Both the position numbers and the translations under genes were made by a program. This document shows, in pieces, positions 42,053-55,100 of a stretch of DNA of 64,000 nt. Location of the stretch: assembly GCA_964035545.1 (NCBI GenBank), contig OZ037767.1:5782707-5846706 (forward strand), given 5' to 3'. The notes beneath the pieces were generated by a model. That model saw only the letters and a list, made by a program, of their open reading frames with translations, was not told the origin of the DNA and did no database searches. The DNA comes from Bugula neritina (Eukaryota; Animalia; Bryozoa). How positions within the stretch are numbered: position 1 is the first letter of the stretch; each line of letters opens with the position of its first letter.

Positions 42053-43128
42053 AATGATGTACATACATTAATATAATTATTATAGTTTAATACTGAATAA
42101 ATAATTTTGTTTATAGCATTTTGCAGTTATAATTTCAGATAAATTTAACAACTGCAATCTATGCACAGTAACATATTTTGTTAGCTCATTATGTAGGCTA
42201 TTCCTCATTAAAATATTTTATCCAATCCTAATAAAATCTAATTGAATAATTGTTTACAAATTTGACATCATTTTTCTTTAAAGGATCATTTTAATTTATT
42301 ATTGCAGATTAATTATATGCTTGTTAAACAGTATGTTAGTTTATAGATATTTTACAGTATGTAATTTTCCATGAGCCACATTTATTTTCAACTTGGCCAC
42401 ATGGGGCACAATGGGCCACGCTGATTATTGCACCCTGATTACTGTTATTAGTTTGTTTGCTCAAAAAGTTAGATGAAATGTTACTAAAATCTATAGATAT
42501 AGCCATTTCTGACCTTTTTGTAAAGTATCAAAGACATCATGGTACGACTACCAAACTAAAAGGTGAAGCTCCCCTAATAGGCCTATATACATTTGGTGAG
42601 GTTATAGCTTTGTCATTTTATACATTATACAAACCACTCTGCTGTTGCTACTAATGGATAGCCATGATATTCATTATATATTACACCATTGAGGGAATAT
42701 ACATGTATTTGACTGAAATAAATTGTGATTTGCTCATTTGCTCCCCCCTCTCCTTTTCGTCCTCCAGTCACAAATCTCAGCCATGCACCTTAGCTACAGT
42801 ACATAGAAAAAAGTCCACTCGGAATTTTTTAGTACATGTTACTAAAGTTTTTTTCTGATGAAAGTTCCTGTGAAGTAGAAATAGAAAAAAACATTTTTAG
42901 TTCTAAACAGTAATGAAAATGGGACAATAGAAAAGAGTGATTTTGCCTCCCCTTGTTATCTGTGGTGGTATACAAACTGTACAGCTAAAACATGATTTTT
43001 GCTGTAGATCTAAAAGAGTATTTTTATTTATTTGTGTAACCAAGAGCTGTACCAGTTTACACTACGGACCCCAGCATCCAAGGACTGATGGCAATGATGT
43101 ACTGTAGAGAAGTTCCCATCAGTCAAGA

Positions 43129-43198
43129 CTTCATACTAACCTCCAAGCGGTCACCACTGGTAACTGGGTGTAGATACACCCAGGCTAATAGTATGAGG
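43129..43198 (+). ncRNA. HDV-like self-cleaving ribozyme core in the RTE 5' UTR
   Basis: P2 CTTCATACTA/TAGTATGAGG; P3 ACC/GGT with L3 TCCAAGC; P1 3' strand CACCACT; P1.1 GG; P4 TGGGTGT-AGAT-ACACCCA; J4/2 GGCTAA with candidate catalytic C at 43185; J1/2 hairpin GACTGATGG/CCATCAGTC. Confidence 0.75.
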
Positions 43199-43414
43199 AT
43201 CTATGGGTTGATCACCCAGACAACAATCCATCCAGAAACGTGACACTCTGAGAGGGCGAATTACTCGGCCAGTCACTGCGACTACTGAACTGCTGTGCTC
43301 GTCCTGGACACTCCTTGCCAGCACAGCGTACTTCTTTAGTGGAGAGGGGTGCTTAAGCAACTGACAAAACCCTAAGTATCCTTAAACTTCTTGTCAGCGT
43401 AATCCAATTGAATC

Positions 43415-46400
43415 ATGAAAAGAAAAATGAACACGAAATCATACTGGCAGGACGTCGCCCAGGATAAAAAGGTCCAAATTTCTAAACTCAACCTTGCATC
43501 ATGGAACATACGAACAATGCTAGACCGGGAGAACACAGAAAGACCTGAGAGAAGAAGTGCAATCATTTCATCTGAACTACAGAAGTATGGCATCGACATT
43601 GCAGCACTGAGTGAAATCAGATTCAAAGATACCGGTAACATTCGTGAAGAGTCAGGCTACGCCATTTATTGGAGTGGCAAAACTGCATTTGAGCGCAGTG
43701 AGTCAGGCGTGGCTCTTGCTATCAGGAACGAACTTGTTTCGAGACTAATCGAAGAGCCAAAGGCTATAAGCGACAGACTGATGTCACTCAGGGTTCCTCT
43801 GTCTGATGAGCGATGGTGCACGGTGATAGCTGTCTATGCTCCCACGATGACAAACAGCCAAGAAAACATCAACAGATTCTATGACCAACTGAATCAGGCT
43901 CTAAGATCAGTCCCAGCAGCTGATAAGATCGTACTCATGGGGGACTTCAATGCTAGGGTTGGACAAGATCACTCAACCTGGCCCGGTGTGATAGGCAAGT
44001 ATGGCTGCGGAAACCTGAACTCCAATGGTGAACTTCTGATCTCAGTCTGTAGTGAACATCAACTGTGCATTACCAACACCTTTTTCAAGCATAAACCAGC
44101 TCACAAGTTTTCTTGGATGCACCCGAGAAGCAAGAACTGGCATCTCATCGACTTTGTTATCACACGACAACGTGATCTACCAGACATTCTGGACACAAGG
44201 GCGATGAGAGGGGCGAATTGCAGTACTGACCACATCATGATTAGGTCAAAAGCTAAGCTCAGAGTGAGGAGAAAAATGAAGAAAGGGAGAACACCTTGCC
44301 AGAAGCTGGACGTTTCTTGACTTAAGAATGAGGAAGTAAGACAAGAACTGGAAAAGTCCCTTGCTGGGAAACTGAACTCTGCTTCAGAGGGCGTGGAGAG
44401 TAAGTGGAGAGCATTCAAAGAGATCGTTTATGCAGAGTCAAAAGTGCACCTCGGCACTGTCAGCAGGAAGCATGAGGACTGGTTTGACGAGAATAATAAT
44501 GAGCTTCAAGAACTCATCCAGAAGAGAAACAAGGCCAGAGCAGACATGTTAACCAGGAATACTCGCTCGAACAAGTCAAAGCTTAGAATGGCTGGCAGAA
44601 AACTCACAGGAAGATGCAGGGAGCTCAAGAACGACTGGTGGTTGGCAAAAGCTGCTGAACTGCAACGGTTTGCTGACACTAACGACATGAAAGGCTTTTA
44701 CCAAAGCACGAAAACTGTTTGGGGTCCAAGAGTGAGTCATCCTGACCAGCTCCTGGCCAGTGACAGCTCAACACTCCTGACAGAAAAACAAGATCTTTTA
44801 GCGAGATGGACAGAGCATTTCAGCAAGCTACTAAACGAGACTCCAGATATTGATGACAACATCATTGAGAACCTGAGACAAGCTCCCATTCAGGACTGGA
44901 TGGACGATTGCCCAGATATTGAAGAGATCATCAAGGCAACTTCGATGCTAAGTGAAGGGAAATCACCTGGCTCTGATGGCATTCACCCTGAGGTTATCAA
45001 AAGGGGAGGGCCCAAACTAATAAGTACTCTCCATGAGATAATAAAGGAGGCATGGAAAACTGCTGTAGTCCCTCAAGATTGGAAAGATGCCCAACTTATA
45101 ACCATCTTCAAAAAAGGTGATCGGAAGCTGTGCGGTAACTACAGAGGTATCTCCCTGCTCTCAATTCCCGGTAAAGTTTTTGCTCGTGTCCTTCTAAATA
45201 GACTGACATCATATGCAGAAAACTTCCTACCCGAAACTCAGTGTGGATTCCGTAGTGGAAGGGGAACAGCAGACATGATATTTGCACTGAAGCAGATACA
45301 GGAAAAATGCATCGAGCAAAATATGCCCCTGTACATGGTCTTCATTGACTTCACCAAAGCGTTCGATACTGTTGATCGGGCGACCCTGTGGAAGATCTTA
45401 CAGAAACTCGGTTTTCCCAGTCACTTCACCAATCTTATCAGCGCTCTCCATACTGGCATGAAGGCCTCAGTCAAGCTGAAGGAGGAGTTATCTGAGTCGT
45501 TCCAGGTCAACAATGGTGTGAAACAAGGATGTGTGTTGGCTCCAACGCTATTCTCTATTTTCTTATCGGCTGTTCTACAGCACGCATTTGAAAACTGTGA
45601 TAAAGGCGTCTGGATTCAAAGTAGACCTGGAGCTGATCTGTTCAATGCGAACCAATACAAGTCAACAACAAGAACACAGAAAGTGTTGGTTAGAGAACTC
45701 ATGTTTGCTGACGACACTGCCTTCGTTGCACACAGCTATGGCGATGCACAGGAATTAGTCGACAGATTCGCCAGAGCTTCCAAAGCTTTTGGTCTGAAGA
45801 TCAATATCAAGAAAACAGAAACGCTCTACCAACCGGCACCTGGAGCCCATGACAGTGGTGACAGTATCTGCATAGATAATGAAGACCTTGCCAGTGTCAA
45901 TAAGTTTAAATATCTTGGGTCTACAGTGATGTGCAACAACAAGATGGATGAAGAGATTCATACAAGGATGTCCAATGCTTCAATCTCATTCGGCAGACTA
46001 AAGACCAAAGTGTGGTACAATAAGGATCTGTCATTCAAGACCAAGTGTACAGTGTACAGAGCCATTGTCCTGTCCTCTCTGCTCTATGGAGCGGAGGCCT
46101 GGCCTGTATACAGGATAGCCGCTCACAAATTCAACACCTATATGATGAGACATCTACGCCAGATCTTGAACGTGAAGTGGTGGGATTTCATCTCGAATGA
46201 GGAGACTCTAGCACAGGCAAATCTACCCAGCATGTATGAACTACTCATTCAAAAAAACCTGAGATGGGCTGGTCATGTGCATCGAATGGATAACTCTAGA
46301 TTACCTAAACAAATTCTCTATTCACAACTGAAAGAAGGCACCCGTGGTGTTGGCAGGCCGCGACTGAGATTCAAAGATACCGTTAAACGCAATCTAAAAG

Positions 46401-46504
46401 ACCTGAAGATCCCTATTGGTAGCTGGCAATCTCTCAGCAAAGACGGATGTAAATGGAGGACCATGATTCACCGGAAGTCATCTTCGGACACGAAGGACAG
46501 CTAA
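43415..46504 (+). pseudogene. RTE endonuclease-reverse transcriptase ORF (~1029 codons) interrupted by one in-frame TGA at 44318-44320
   Basis: APE motifs (SWNIRT, LSEIR, VYAPT, MGDFNA, IDFV, TDH) and RT motifs (PGSDG, NYRGISLL, QCGFR, FIDFTKAFD, GVKQGC, FADD, YLGS). ORFs 43415-44320 and 44393-46504 are in the same frame and the gap is open. Confidence 0.93.
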
Positions 46505-48262
46505 TGAATGAATGAATGAATGAATATTAACTAAATTAAGATCAGATGCAACCAAATCAACAAGATTTCAATATATTTGTTGTGTCCCACCCAGTGGCCC
46601 ATTGTACCCCGGTACCTGGCACAATGGGCTGAACTTTTCATCATGAAAATTCCATCATTCTGAAAGTTGTGAGAAAGATAGAAACAACAATCTGATACCT
46701 GTAATAAACAACAGATGCAGCATTTAAACTAGAGATTATTGAACTAGTAACTTGAAAAACAGACGATTGAGAGCAAAAAACTTAAAAATCAGCTTGTTGT
46801 GCCTCTCCCCCCCCCCCCCCCCGTTACCCCTACTTGCATGCATTAAACTGTTATTTCAACCTGTAATCCATTTACTTATACAAAGTGTATTAACATTTTT
46901 TTTAAATTTCTAACCGCTAGCATATTATGCAATTTTGCCCAAAGGTAAAGTAAATCACCTACAGCCTAATACAATGATTATATACAAGGTAGGTGGTTGA
47001 AGGTTTATATAGATTAAACTTTCACCCTTATAAAATTAAAGTCTTACCGTCAAATTAAATGACTTCATATGAGCATGCAGTGCACACATGTTTTTACAAA
47101 ATACATTGTTTGGAAGTATAGCTGAAACTAAAATGATGATTATGTAGGTATGACACTGCATGCATTTAGTATTCTTTATTTCAACCAGAAAGTAAAGACA
47201 TTTGTTTGGGTGGAAACTTTAACATCTAATAGATTATTGAAAAAGTAGGTAGAAAACAAAGAGAAAATATTTATTATTTACCAAAATAAATCTAGTCCTG
47301 AATTTTTATATAAATCAGAAGCCTGGGTAGGCCTACCACAAAGCACAACCACGCAATTTGTGCAATGTAGCAGTAATGGCAATGAAAAAGGTGCTTTTCT
47401 TGTAAATGTCAACAGAAAAAAATAGTTCAATCGTATTACATATTGTAGAAGCAGGTTCGTTATACTTTTGCTTGCTTACACAAGGACAAACTACTTTTGT
47501 TTAGCTTTAAAGCAAGTATTGTTAAATATATAAAATGGAGTTTTCTCCTCGTAATTATTTGATTACACAAATTCTGGAGTCTAGCAATGGCCACTATTAT
47601 AATTCTCAGCTGATCAAATATTTATAGTTACTGAAATCAAAAAATGCATGATAGCTCGTTTGGTTTGGAATTTTCAATAAAACTACACCAATTTTTTATG
47701 TATAAATATAGTTACATTCACTCGTCAGATTTTGCAAAGTTACTCACTAATTTCAATGTACATAAGCTAAAATAAAAACACATTTTGTGTACTGCATGCA
47801 GCTGAATTTAAAACTATTTTTAACTTTACTGAAAGATTTAATCTTGCAAATCCATTGCTACATCAGATTGTAACTTGAAGCATAATTATATACGTTTTAA
47901 AAACTCATTGAAATTCAATACACCTAATGTATATTTAACATTTCAGAAAAGTTGTTGGCAGCAACATACAATTTTTAAACAAACTGCTATAGTATATATA
48001 CAGTTTGCACTATTATTTCTAATTTTTGCTTTAGTCAAAATATGCAAAAAAGTATGTGTAAATAAATATTGGCAGATGCACTCATGTGTGTGATTTAAAT
48101 TTTAGTGTAATGTAAAGAATATTATATATTTATTCCTTTCTTTAAATAAAATTTTTTTTATATGCATCAAGTCAATTATTGAAATAAATAAATTGTATCC
48201 CGTTAGGATACCTTACTGCCTATGAGTTAGTTTTTTGCGTTACTGTATTATTATATTATATA

Positions 48263-48312
48263 CCTGTCAGGGGTTTCTCACAGGGATAGCAACTATAAAA
48301 TTGCGTGAGTTT
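48263..48312 (+). mobile_element. 3' fragment of SINE family 1
   Basis: GGTTTCTCACAGGGATAGCAACTATAAAATTGCGTG matches 15043-15078. Confidence 0.55.
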
Positions 48313-48469
48313 ATATACCTTAAAATAAATTATTAACTTCTAAAGTTAAACTGAAAACCAAAGTTGAATAATTATAACAGAGTTACATGCTGGTAACTAG
48401 CTAATATGGGAAGGCAACTTCCTACCTTGTTAAAACTTTATGCATGCTTTTTAGATGATTGTACTAGAT

Positions 48470-50463
48470 CAGGGATGTTCATCAAAAGGCCACCTAAATG
48501 GACAATTTCCTGGCAAGGACCACTTTGTAAAGTTCAGCTTGAGCTAAGGGCTTCAACATCAGTATATTTTAAATTATTCTATGCAAAATTCTTGAACCTT
48601 CACACAATGAAGTCCCACTAATTGCTGCTGTCTGTATGTTTTATAGCATGTACACAGGATAGTTAAGGGCATCCTCACTAAGAATATGTGATGGCTCCCG
48701 TCAGTTTTGGTCTCTTGGCATTATTCGCTATTGTTAGTTATAAGGGGTTTTATCTATAGTTGTCATAAATAGGTCAGTTTTAGCTTTTAGTGTGTAATAG
48801 TCAATTAACATGTGCTCTTTCTAGCTGTCCAATCAGTTTTGTGATATCTGCTATGGTTTAAGAATGATTGGTGTTTTAATGAGCCATTCCATGGTTGGCA
48901 AGCTGGTCACGTGATTAGAACATATAGCGCGAACTCTAATAATAGTTCAAATAGCGGCGTAGTGTAGAGCGTAACGTAATTAGGTATAATTTGACTGAGA
49001 ATTGTTACTAATAATAAACATGGCGACTGGATCGCGCTGCAAGTTAATAGATAACAGATATTGACAATTTAAAAGAATGTTTCTACATTGAAAATTATGG
49101 ACAAGGACTGAAGAGTAGTGGTGATAATAGTAATGATGAACTTAGTGACAACAGTGATGCAAAAAAGTTAGATTTTATTATGAAACCACGTGGCATTATA
49201 GTATTAATCTCTCAGGATAATCATCAAAATGTTCTCATTATACTGAACTCAACTTTGAAATATTGATTAAGATATTGCAGATATGAATTTTAAATTAATA
49301 TTTTCATGATCAGCATAAAAAACCAACCCTAGTAACTAACTTTTGGGCTGATGGAGCTAATTTAAGACACTGTTGCTAGGTAGATAAACAACGAATTTAG
49401 TACAATTTTGAGTCGCCGAACTTTGACTGTTAATTACTCGCAATAATAAAAGGCGTTTGTTGTGGACCGCTGTGTGTATAACCTGGCATATTTCTGGTTC
49501 TATTTGACTGATTTTAAAAATTTAAAGTGCAATGTGATCACAAAGTCCTACTCTATTCATCCACATCAAAAAAGAAAAATCTTGGATGACCCCCAAGAGA
49601 CCAAAAATGACAGCAGCCATCACATATCATAAATTTCTCTCAAAATGTAGTTCAGGTTCTTGAATAATATTGCTCTGCGGGTGGCATGCGTGTTGCCTAC
49701 TTGCATTTGTTTAGCCTAAGATTAAACTACAGCCAATGAGCAGCAACCTTCATTAGGGCTGCGTTATCTATCAACATTCCATTATGGGTGCTACATAAAC
49801 AAAGTACAAAGCGAGCTATTCATAATAGCCTGCCAGCTAGCAAGCCTATAATTAGCATGTACGCGCCAATATCTTCTCATCCCTAAGTGCTCATTGAAGC
49901 GTGAAGCACTGCGCGCTGCTAGTTTCTTATGAAAAAATATGGCAGTTTCAGTGTATAAATCACCAATTTATGGGCAATCTAGCAAAGTTATCGGAAAATG
50001 AAAAAAAGTTGCACTGGAGAAATATCTCAGGATTCCAGCAGTGCAATTTTTATTCAGATATCATGTTTTCCTGCTGAGATATTTTACTGGTACTGAAAAG
50101 TCAGCTTTTCTGCTAAAATTGGCCAAAATTGAGCAGTTTTTTGTCTATAACTTTGCAAAAAAAATGAAAATTGAAATTTCCAAAAAAGTTGCACTGGGGA
50201 AAAACAAGATCTACAACATAGTTTTTAAATTTTGACTCTAGCACAATTAGGTGAGATTTTATTTTACTGGTACTGAATTCTTATATGATTACAATGCAAA
50301 CCTCAGCAAGGCAGTTGCAGCTAAAAGGTTGCCCTTAACTATCCTGTGTATGTAAAAATTTAGACGTTTAAAGGGTAGCTTTCCACTCCAATTCATGTAC
50401 ATGTGCACAATAATTTTGTGAAATTTTTGGGGGTTTGGGGTCACATAAATGTTGGCATCCCTG
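48470..50463. mobile_element. hAT-like MITE (8-bp TSD) disrupted by a nested insertion
   Basis: TIRs CAGGGATG (48470) and CATCCCTG (ending 50463); flanks TACTAGAT and TACTAAAT match 7/8. Confidence 0.65.
48653..50348. mobile_element. Non-autonomous TA-flanked DNA transposon (Tc1/mariner-like TSD), ~1.7 kb
   Basis: TA|CACAGGATAGTTAAGGGCA ... TGCCCTTAACTATCCTGTG|TA gives perfect 19-bp TIRs; internal inverted repeat 48683-48718 / 49593-49629; no transposase ORF. Confidence 0.8.
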
Positions 50464-51179
50464 TACTAAATGATTAAGGAGACAATGAGATATAATATAA
50501 CGTATTACCCTCAAGCAGTTGTGCAGATTAACTTCAGTATTTTTATAACTTCTAATTAAAAGCCTTGTTGAATGTTACCACACAACTAGTAAAGCTAAAT
50601 ACTAAAACAATGATTGAAATTGCAGATAATGTCTTTAAATAACTAAAATGAACATATCATGACATATATTTTTAATTGCATTTTAATGAATTCATATACG
50701 ATACACTAAAAAATTAATGCAAGACTAATTAAATGCAATTATAATGTAAAATACCTATTGGCTTGGCTATATAGGTACTTGACTCCTATATGATAGTTGT
50801 ATAATAGTGGTGTATATACCAACAGAGAGGGGGGGGTGCATGATGTACATAAAACTTAACTTTAACACTCATTTCTAAAGTGATTTATGCATTCACAATA
50901 CTATAATAACACTGCAAGTTAAATACAATCTACTCTGTATAGAAATAGAAAGCTGAAGCAAAAAAAACATGGAGTCCAACGCATACCGTGCAGATTTCCT
51001 GTTTTTTTATATACTGAGAGTAAATGTAGATACAAACTGTTTTATATTTACAGCAAAAACTGGTTCAGTGCAAATCTTATGAATGATCTCCAGTTCAGCT
51101 TCAGACACTTTGAATAATCTGAGTCTTGCTGGCAATATTCAAAGTTTATCTTTGCTTAAAATAGGAGCTGATACTATAT

Positions 51180-51600
51180 AGCCTAGAGGATAGAGTACTA
51201 CAGTAGGGGATATAATGTAATATAAGGGTATAAGGTATAGTATTAGGCTATAGGGAATAATACTAGGGTGGAAGGTAGGATAATAGGAAAGGTGATATGC
51301 TAGAGTAGGGGATATAATACTAGGGTACAGAGGGTAGGATACTAGGGTATAGGGTATAATATACCAGGTTAGAGGGTAGGGTACTAGGGTATAAGATAGG
51401 ATAATAGGGTAGAGGAGAGGATACTATGGTATAGGGTATAACATACCAGGTTAGAGGGTAGGATACTAGGGTATAAGATAGGATAATAGGGTAGAGGAGA
51501 GGATACTATGGTATAGGGTATAACATACCAGGTTAGAGGGTAGGATACTAGGGTAGAGGATATAATATTATTGTAGAGGGTAAGATACTAGAGTAGAGGG
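51180..51600. repeat. Purine-rich (TAGGG-containing) minisatellite
   Basis: Degenerate TAGGGTA/TAGGATAC units, including a near-exact ~80-nt tandem duplication at 51361-51550. Confidence 0.85.
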
Positions 51601-51930
51601 TGTTGAATAGAACATGCTTAGTAGCACAGCTGAACTGAACTGCACTTGTATGTTTCAAATGAAAGCAGCTGTGCATTAACCTATAGTTAAGAGCTTTTGA
51701 ATATTTTTTCAAAAAGTAAGGTAAGGGTTATAGCATAAAAGATATAGAATATGTAGGCTTTCATTTCATTTTAAGGTTTTCTCATTCATATATTTCTATA
51801 GGATTTTCTGCATGTTAATTAATGTCACTTGAAGATGAATATACTAGTTTGGACAACTGCTTGTTTTTTGTAATTTTTAATCATGAGGGCTGCAGGATGT
51901 TTCTTCATAAAGGGTATAATTATTCATCTA

Positions 51931-52029
51931 AAATAAGCTAGTTAAAGAATGCTGGTATACCAGCATTCTTTAACTAGCTTATTTGAGGATTTGATTTTTG
52001 CTTACAAGCAAAAATCAAATCCTCAAATA
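51931..52029. other. Two overlapping perfect palindromes (54-nt loopless; 24-bp arms with 2-nt spacer)
   Basis: AAATAAGCTAGTTAAAGAATGCTGGTA|TACCAGCATTCTTTAACTAGCTTATTT and TATTTGAGGATTTGATTTTTGCTT-AC-AAGCAAAAATCAAATCCTCAAATA. Confidence 0.95.
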
Positions 52030-52193
52030 TCCTTGAATTGTCAACACATGCACAACACAATAAGATAATCAGTTACACATGAGCTCAGATGTCAACATTG
52101 TCAAGTTGAACAAGGTGCTCTGCAATAGTTAGCATTCTTTACAGGTGTGCCTAGTTGATTAGATGCGTGGTTATAATTTAGCACTTTATCAGC

Positions 52194-55100
52194 ATGGCTT
52201 CAACTAAGTCTAAAATAGATTGTGTGATTGAGCAAACTGGAGCTCTCGGGAAGTACCAATGGACACAATTACTTTGCCTTTGCATGGGCTCGTTTCTGGC
52301 ATCCTTTCACTTTCTAATCATAGTGTTTCACTCCATAACACCAAAACACAGGTTAGTAGCTGATTTGCAGGGCAGCTAAAGAGTTTTTTAGAGAGAAAAA
52401 TTCAAGAAATTCTAACTTGTGTAATTTGTTTTCATTTTAAATTATTTTTAGATGCAAATTACTGAACTGGGAAAATGACACTTTCTCTCCATTCAGTGAA
52501 GTTCACAATCAATCAATATATCAATGGATACCAGTTGATAAAGATGGAATACTTGATTCTTGTAAAATATATACTAATAATAATGAGACTGTTGAGTGTG
52601 AAGAACATGTGTTTGATAAATCAGTGTACTGGGGAGTCACTCTTAATCAACAGGTAAGTGCAATTGTAGAGTTATGAAAAATTTAAACTGGAAACATATT
52701 GATATAATAATGTTTTGCGGACACAAAAAGAGTAACTATATAATGTATGAATTAAAACTACTGCAAAGTGATAAGTGGTAATTACTTCTGTTTTAATAGT
52801 TGAGTAGATAATTTCAAGCAACTTTGTCAAAGTATTTGTTTTTTAACGTGTATGTACTATGATGAATTTACTCACTGATTGAGAGAGCAACTCCAAAAAA
52901 TCTTTGAAAGTATATATATAGCTCGTGTGCATGTGTATATATATATGTTTTCGTACATCTTTTTATGCAAAAGGTTTCTCTGCACAGATGCTTATATAAA
53001 TCATTTTAGTTTTATGTAATTGTTGAGAAATGAGTGACTGATTACTAAAAATGATTTTACAGTTTGAAATGGTGTGTGGAAACAGCTGGGCAGGCACCAC
53101 AGTAAAAGTAATATACACTTGTGGTCTAATAGCTGGTGCATTTGTTGTTGGAGTGGTTGGGGACAGGTATGATATTTGGATAGATTCTTTTAAAATATTC
53201 GTTTAGTTTGTTCAAATTATTGTTTTCTTTTTCAAGTATTAGTTTTTAAACTATTTTATTAACAATGTTTTTAATGCACTCCATATATTTAAACGGTATA
53301 CATATTATCCCATCGCTCATATAAGTTTTGTTAACCAAATATATGATCAACTGCAACAAATTGTATATATAATTTAATTATTGAAAATACCCGTATTTAA
53401 GCATTCATTATAAAAATAAAGTATACATATATCTTATTACTGTTAAAATTGTGTTTCATCAAATTAAATTATGAGATACATCGATTAATACAAAAGAGAT
53501 ACATTTTATGTTTCAGAATAGGTCGAAAGTTGACAATGGTTGGTTGTTACTTCGTGGGAGGAGCAGCAGGCATAGTGGCAGCATTCTCAGTCAACTATTA
53601 CATGTTTGCAGCTTTTCGGTTCTTTGTAGCCATGAGCATGGTTGGAATTGTACTTCTCAAGAACATCATTAGTAAGGAATTTCTTCATTAAACTAACATC
53701 TATTTTCCATATGATTTTGATATTAAAATTATCAACTAAAACATGGCTTCATTTTTTGATCATGAAACTGTAAAAGCTTCTGCTACCACATGCTGATGCA
53801 ACTTTTCATTGCAAAGTGCACTAATTAAAACTGAGTAAAAAGGAATCTAATTGCGGGGCTTTACTTGCACAATAGATACAAGTTTACATGAATTTTATTA
53901 GTAAACAGATGTGATATGCTTGACTTAATTTATCCTCACTCACTATTTCTTAAAAGTGGTTTAAATTAGTCATAATACCAAGCTTTACTTAGCTTTGTTG
54001 AAAAAAAGCATATCAATATAATCATGTTGCTTTGCATTTTATTCCACTTTTACTCTCGCTGGATAATTTCAAAACTTGAAGCAGTTTTATAATCACAAGA
54101 AAATGCTTTAGTGAATTTATTTGATTGACTTTAAGTGGATTCTTTTATGGCAGTACACTGTGAAGTATATAGCTGTACAGCAAGTTATGGCAGTCACGTC
54201 ATATATATGTGGAGAATATATAAAATAACACAATGCAATCTAAAATTGTCATATTTGTTTTTAAAATATTCATTCTTGATTGTAAGTAGTTTTTATTTGG
54301 GCTAAACTGTTTCCATTGTGGCACAAAATTAATTACGATCAAACTCTTTTCCACCAATGGATTTACTGGATAATTTGACACACAGCATACACTCACAACA
54401 CACTCACAACACACACACATAATTGCACTTTGCTTTACAGTTTTGGAAATAACTGGACCTTCAAGAAGAGTCCATTTTGGTGCAGCAAAATCGTTTTCTT
54501 GGCCATTAGGAGCCATGTTGTTGGCTTTACTGTCCTACTACGTCCAAGACTGGAAATGGTCTCAGTTAATAATTTCAATAGCACCGCTTCTGGCAGGATT
54601 TCTTTCCATATTGTAAGTGAATAAATATTAACATATTTATATTTTATCTATAATTTACTAATTTAGCATTTTTATGTATCATAATATATGGTATTAGGTA
54701 TAACAACATGTTGTAATATAGTATTATACAACATGTTGCAACACATTATAAAACAATGCAACATAATTTTGTATTATACTATAATACAATATCATAGAGT
54801 GCTAAATTATATATTAATGACGTATTACATGATACATTATATAATAATATGTAGTATTAATTATTTTGTAGTGCAATAAATGATAACACATTGTACTATA
54901 GGTCCATATAACACAATATAAGAATGTGTTACATACGTATAATGTGATGGAGCATAAAGTTATAGTACATTGTACAATACCATATATAATATAATACGTA
55001 TTATGTATGTAATAGGCTATGATACAAGACAATACAGAATAATATAACATAGTATATAATAATATGATAAAGCTTATGCTGATTTAGTATAATATAAGGC

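Larger units (their letters stand above)
43030..46525 (+). mobile_element. RTE-clade non-LTR retrotransposon (LINE), near full length, (TGAA)n 3' tail
   Basis: Single APE+RT frame with a very short 3' UTR ending ATGAATGAATGAATGAATGAAT (46504-46525). GC content jumps relative to the flanks. 5' boundary approximate; TSD not clearly seen. Confidence 0.93.

Noticed and set aside
42855-42890. Second hammerhead (CTGATGA...GAAA)
   Set aside because: Stem II and stem III do not pair
44101-45961. Antisense and alternative-frame ORFs within the RTE
   Set aside because: Shadow ORFs of a GC-richer coding region, with no motifs
42401-46832. Discrete DNA transposon enclosing the RTE (GGGGCACAATGGGCCAC / GTGGCCCATTGTACCCC inverted match)
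   Set aside because: Suggestive, but I could not define matching termini or a TSD, so it is not listed as a feature
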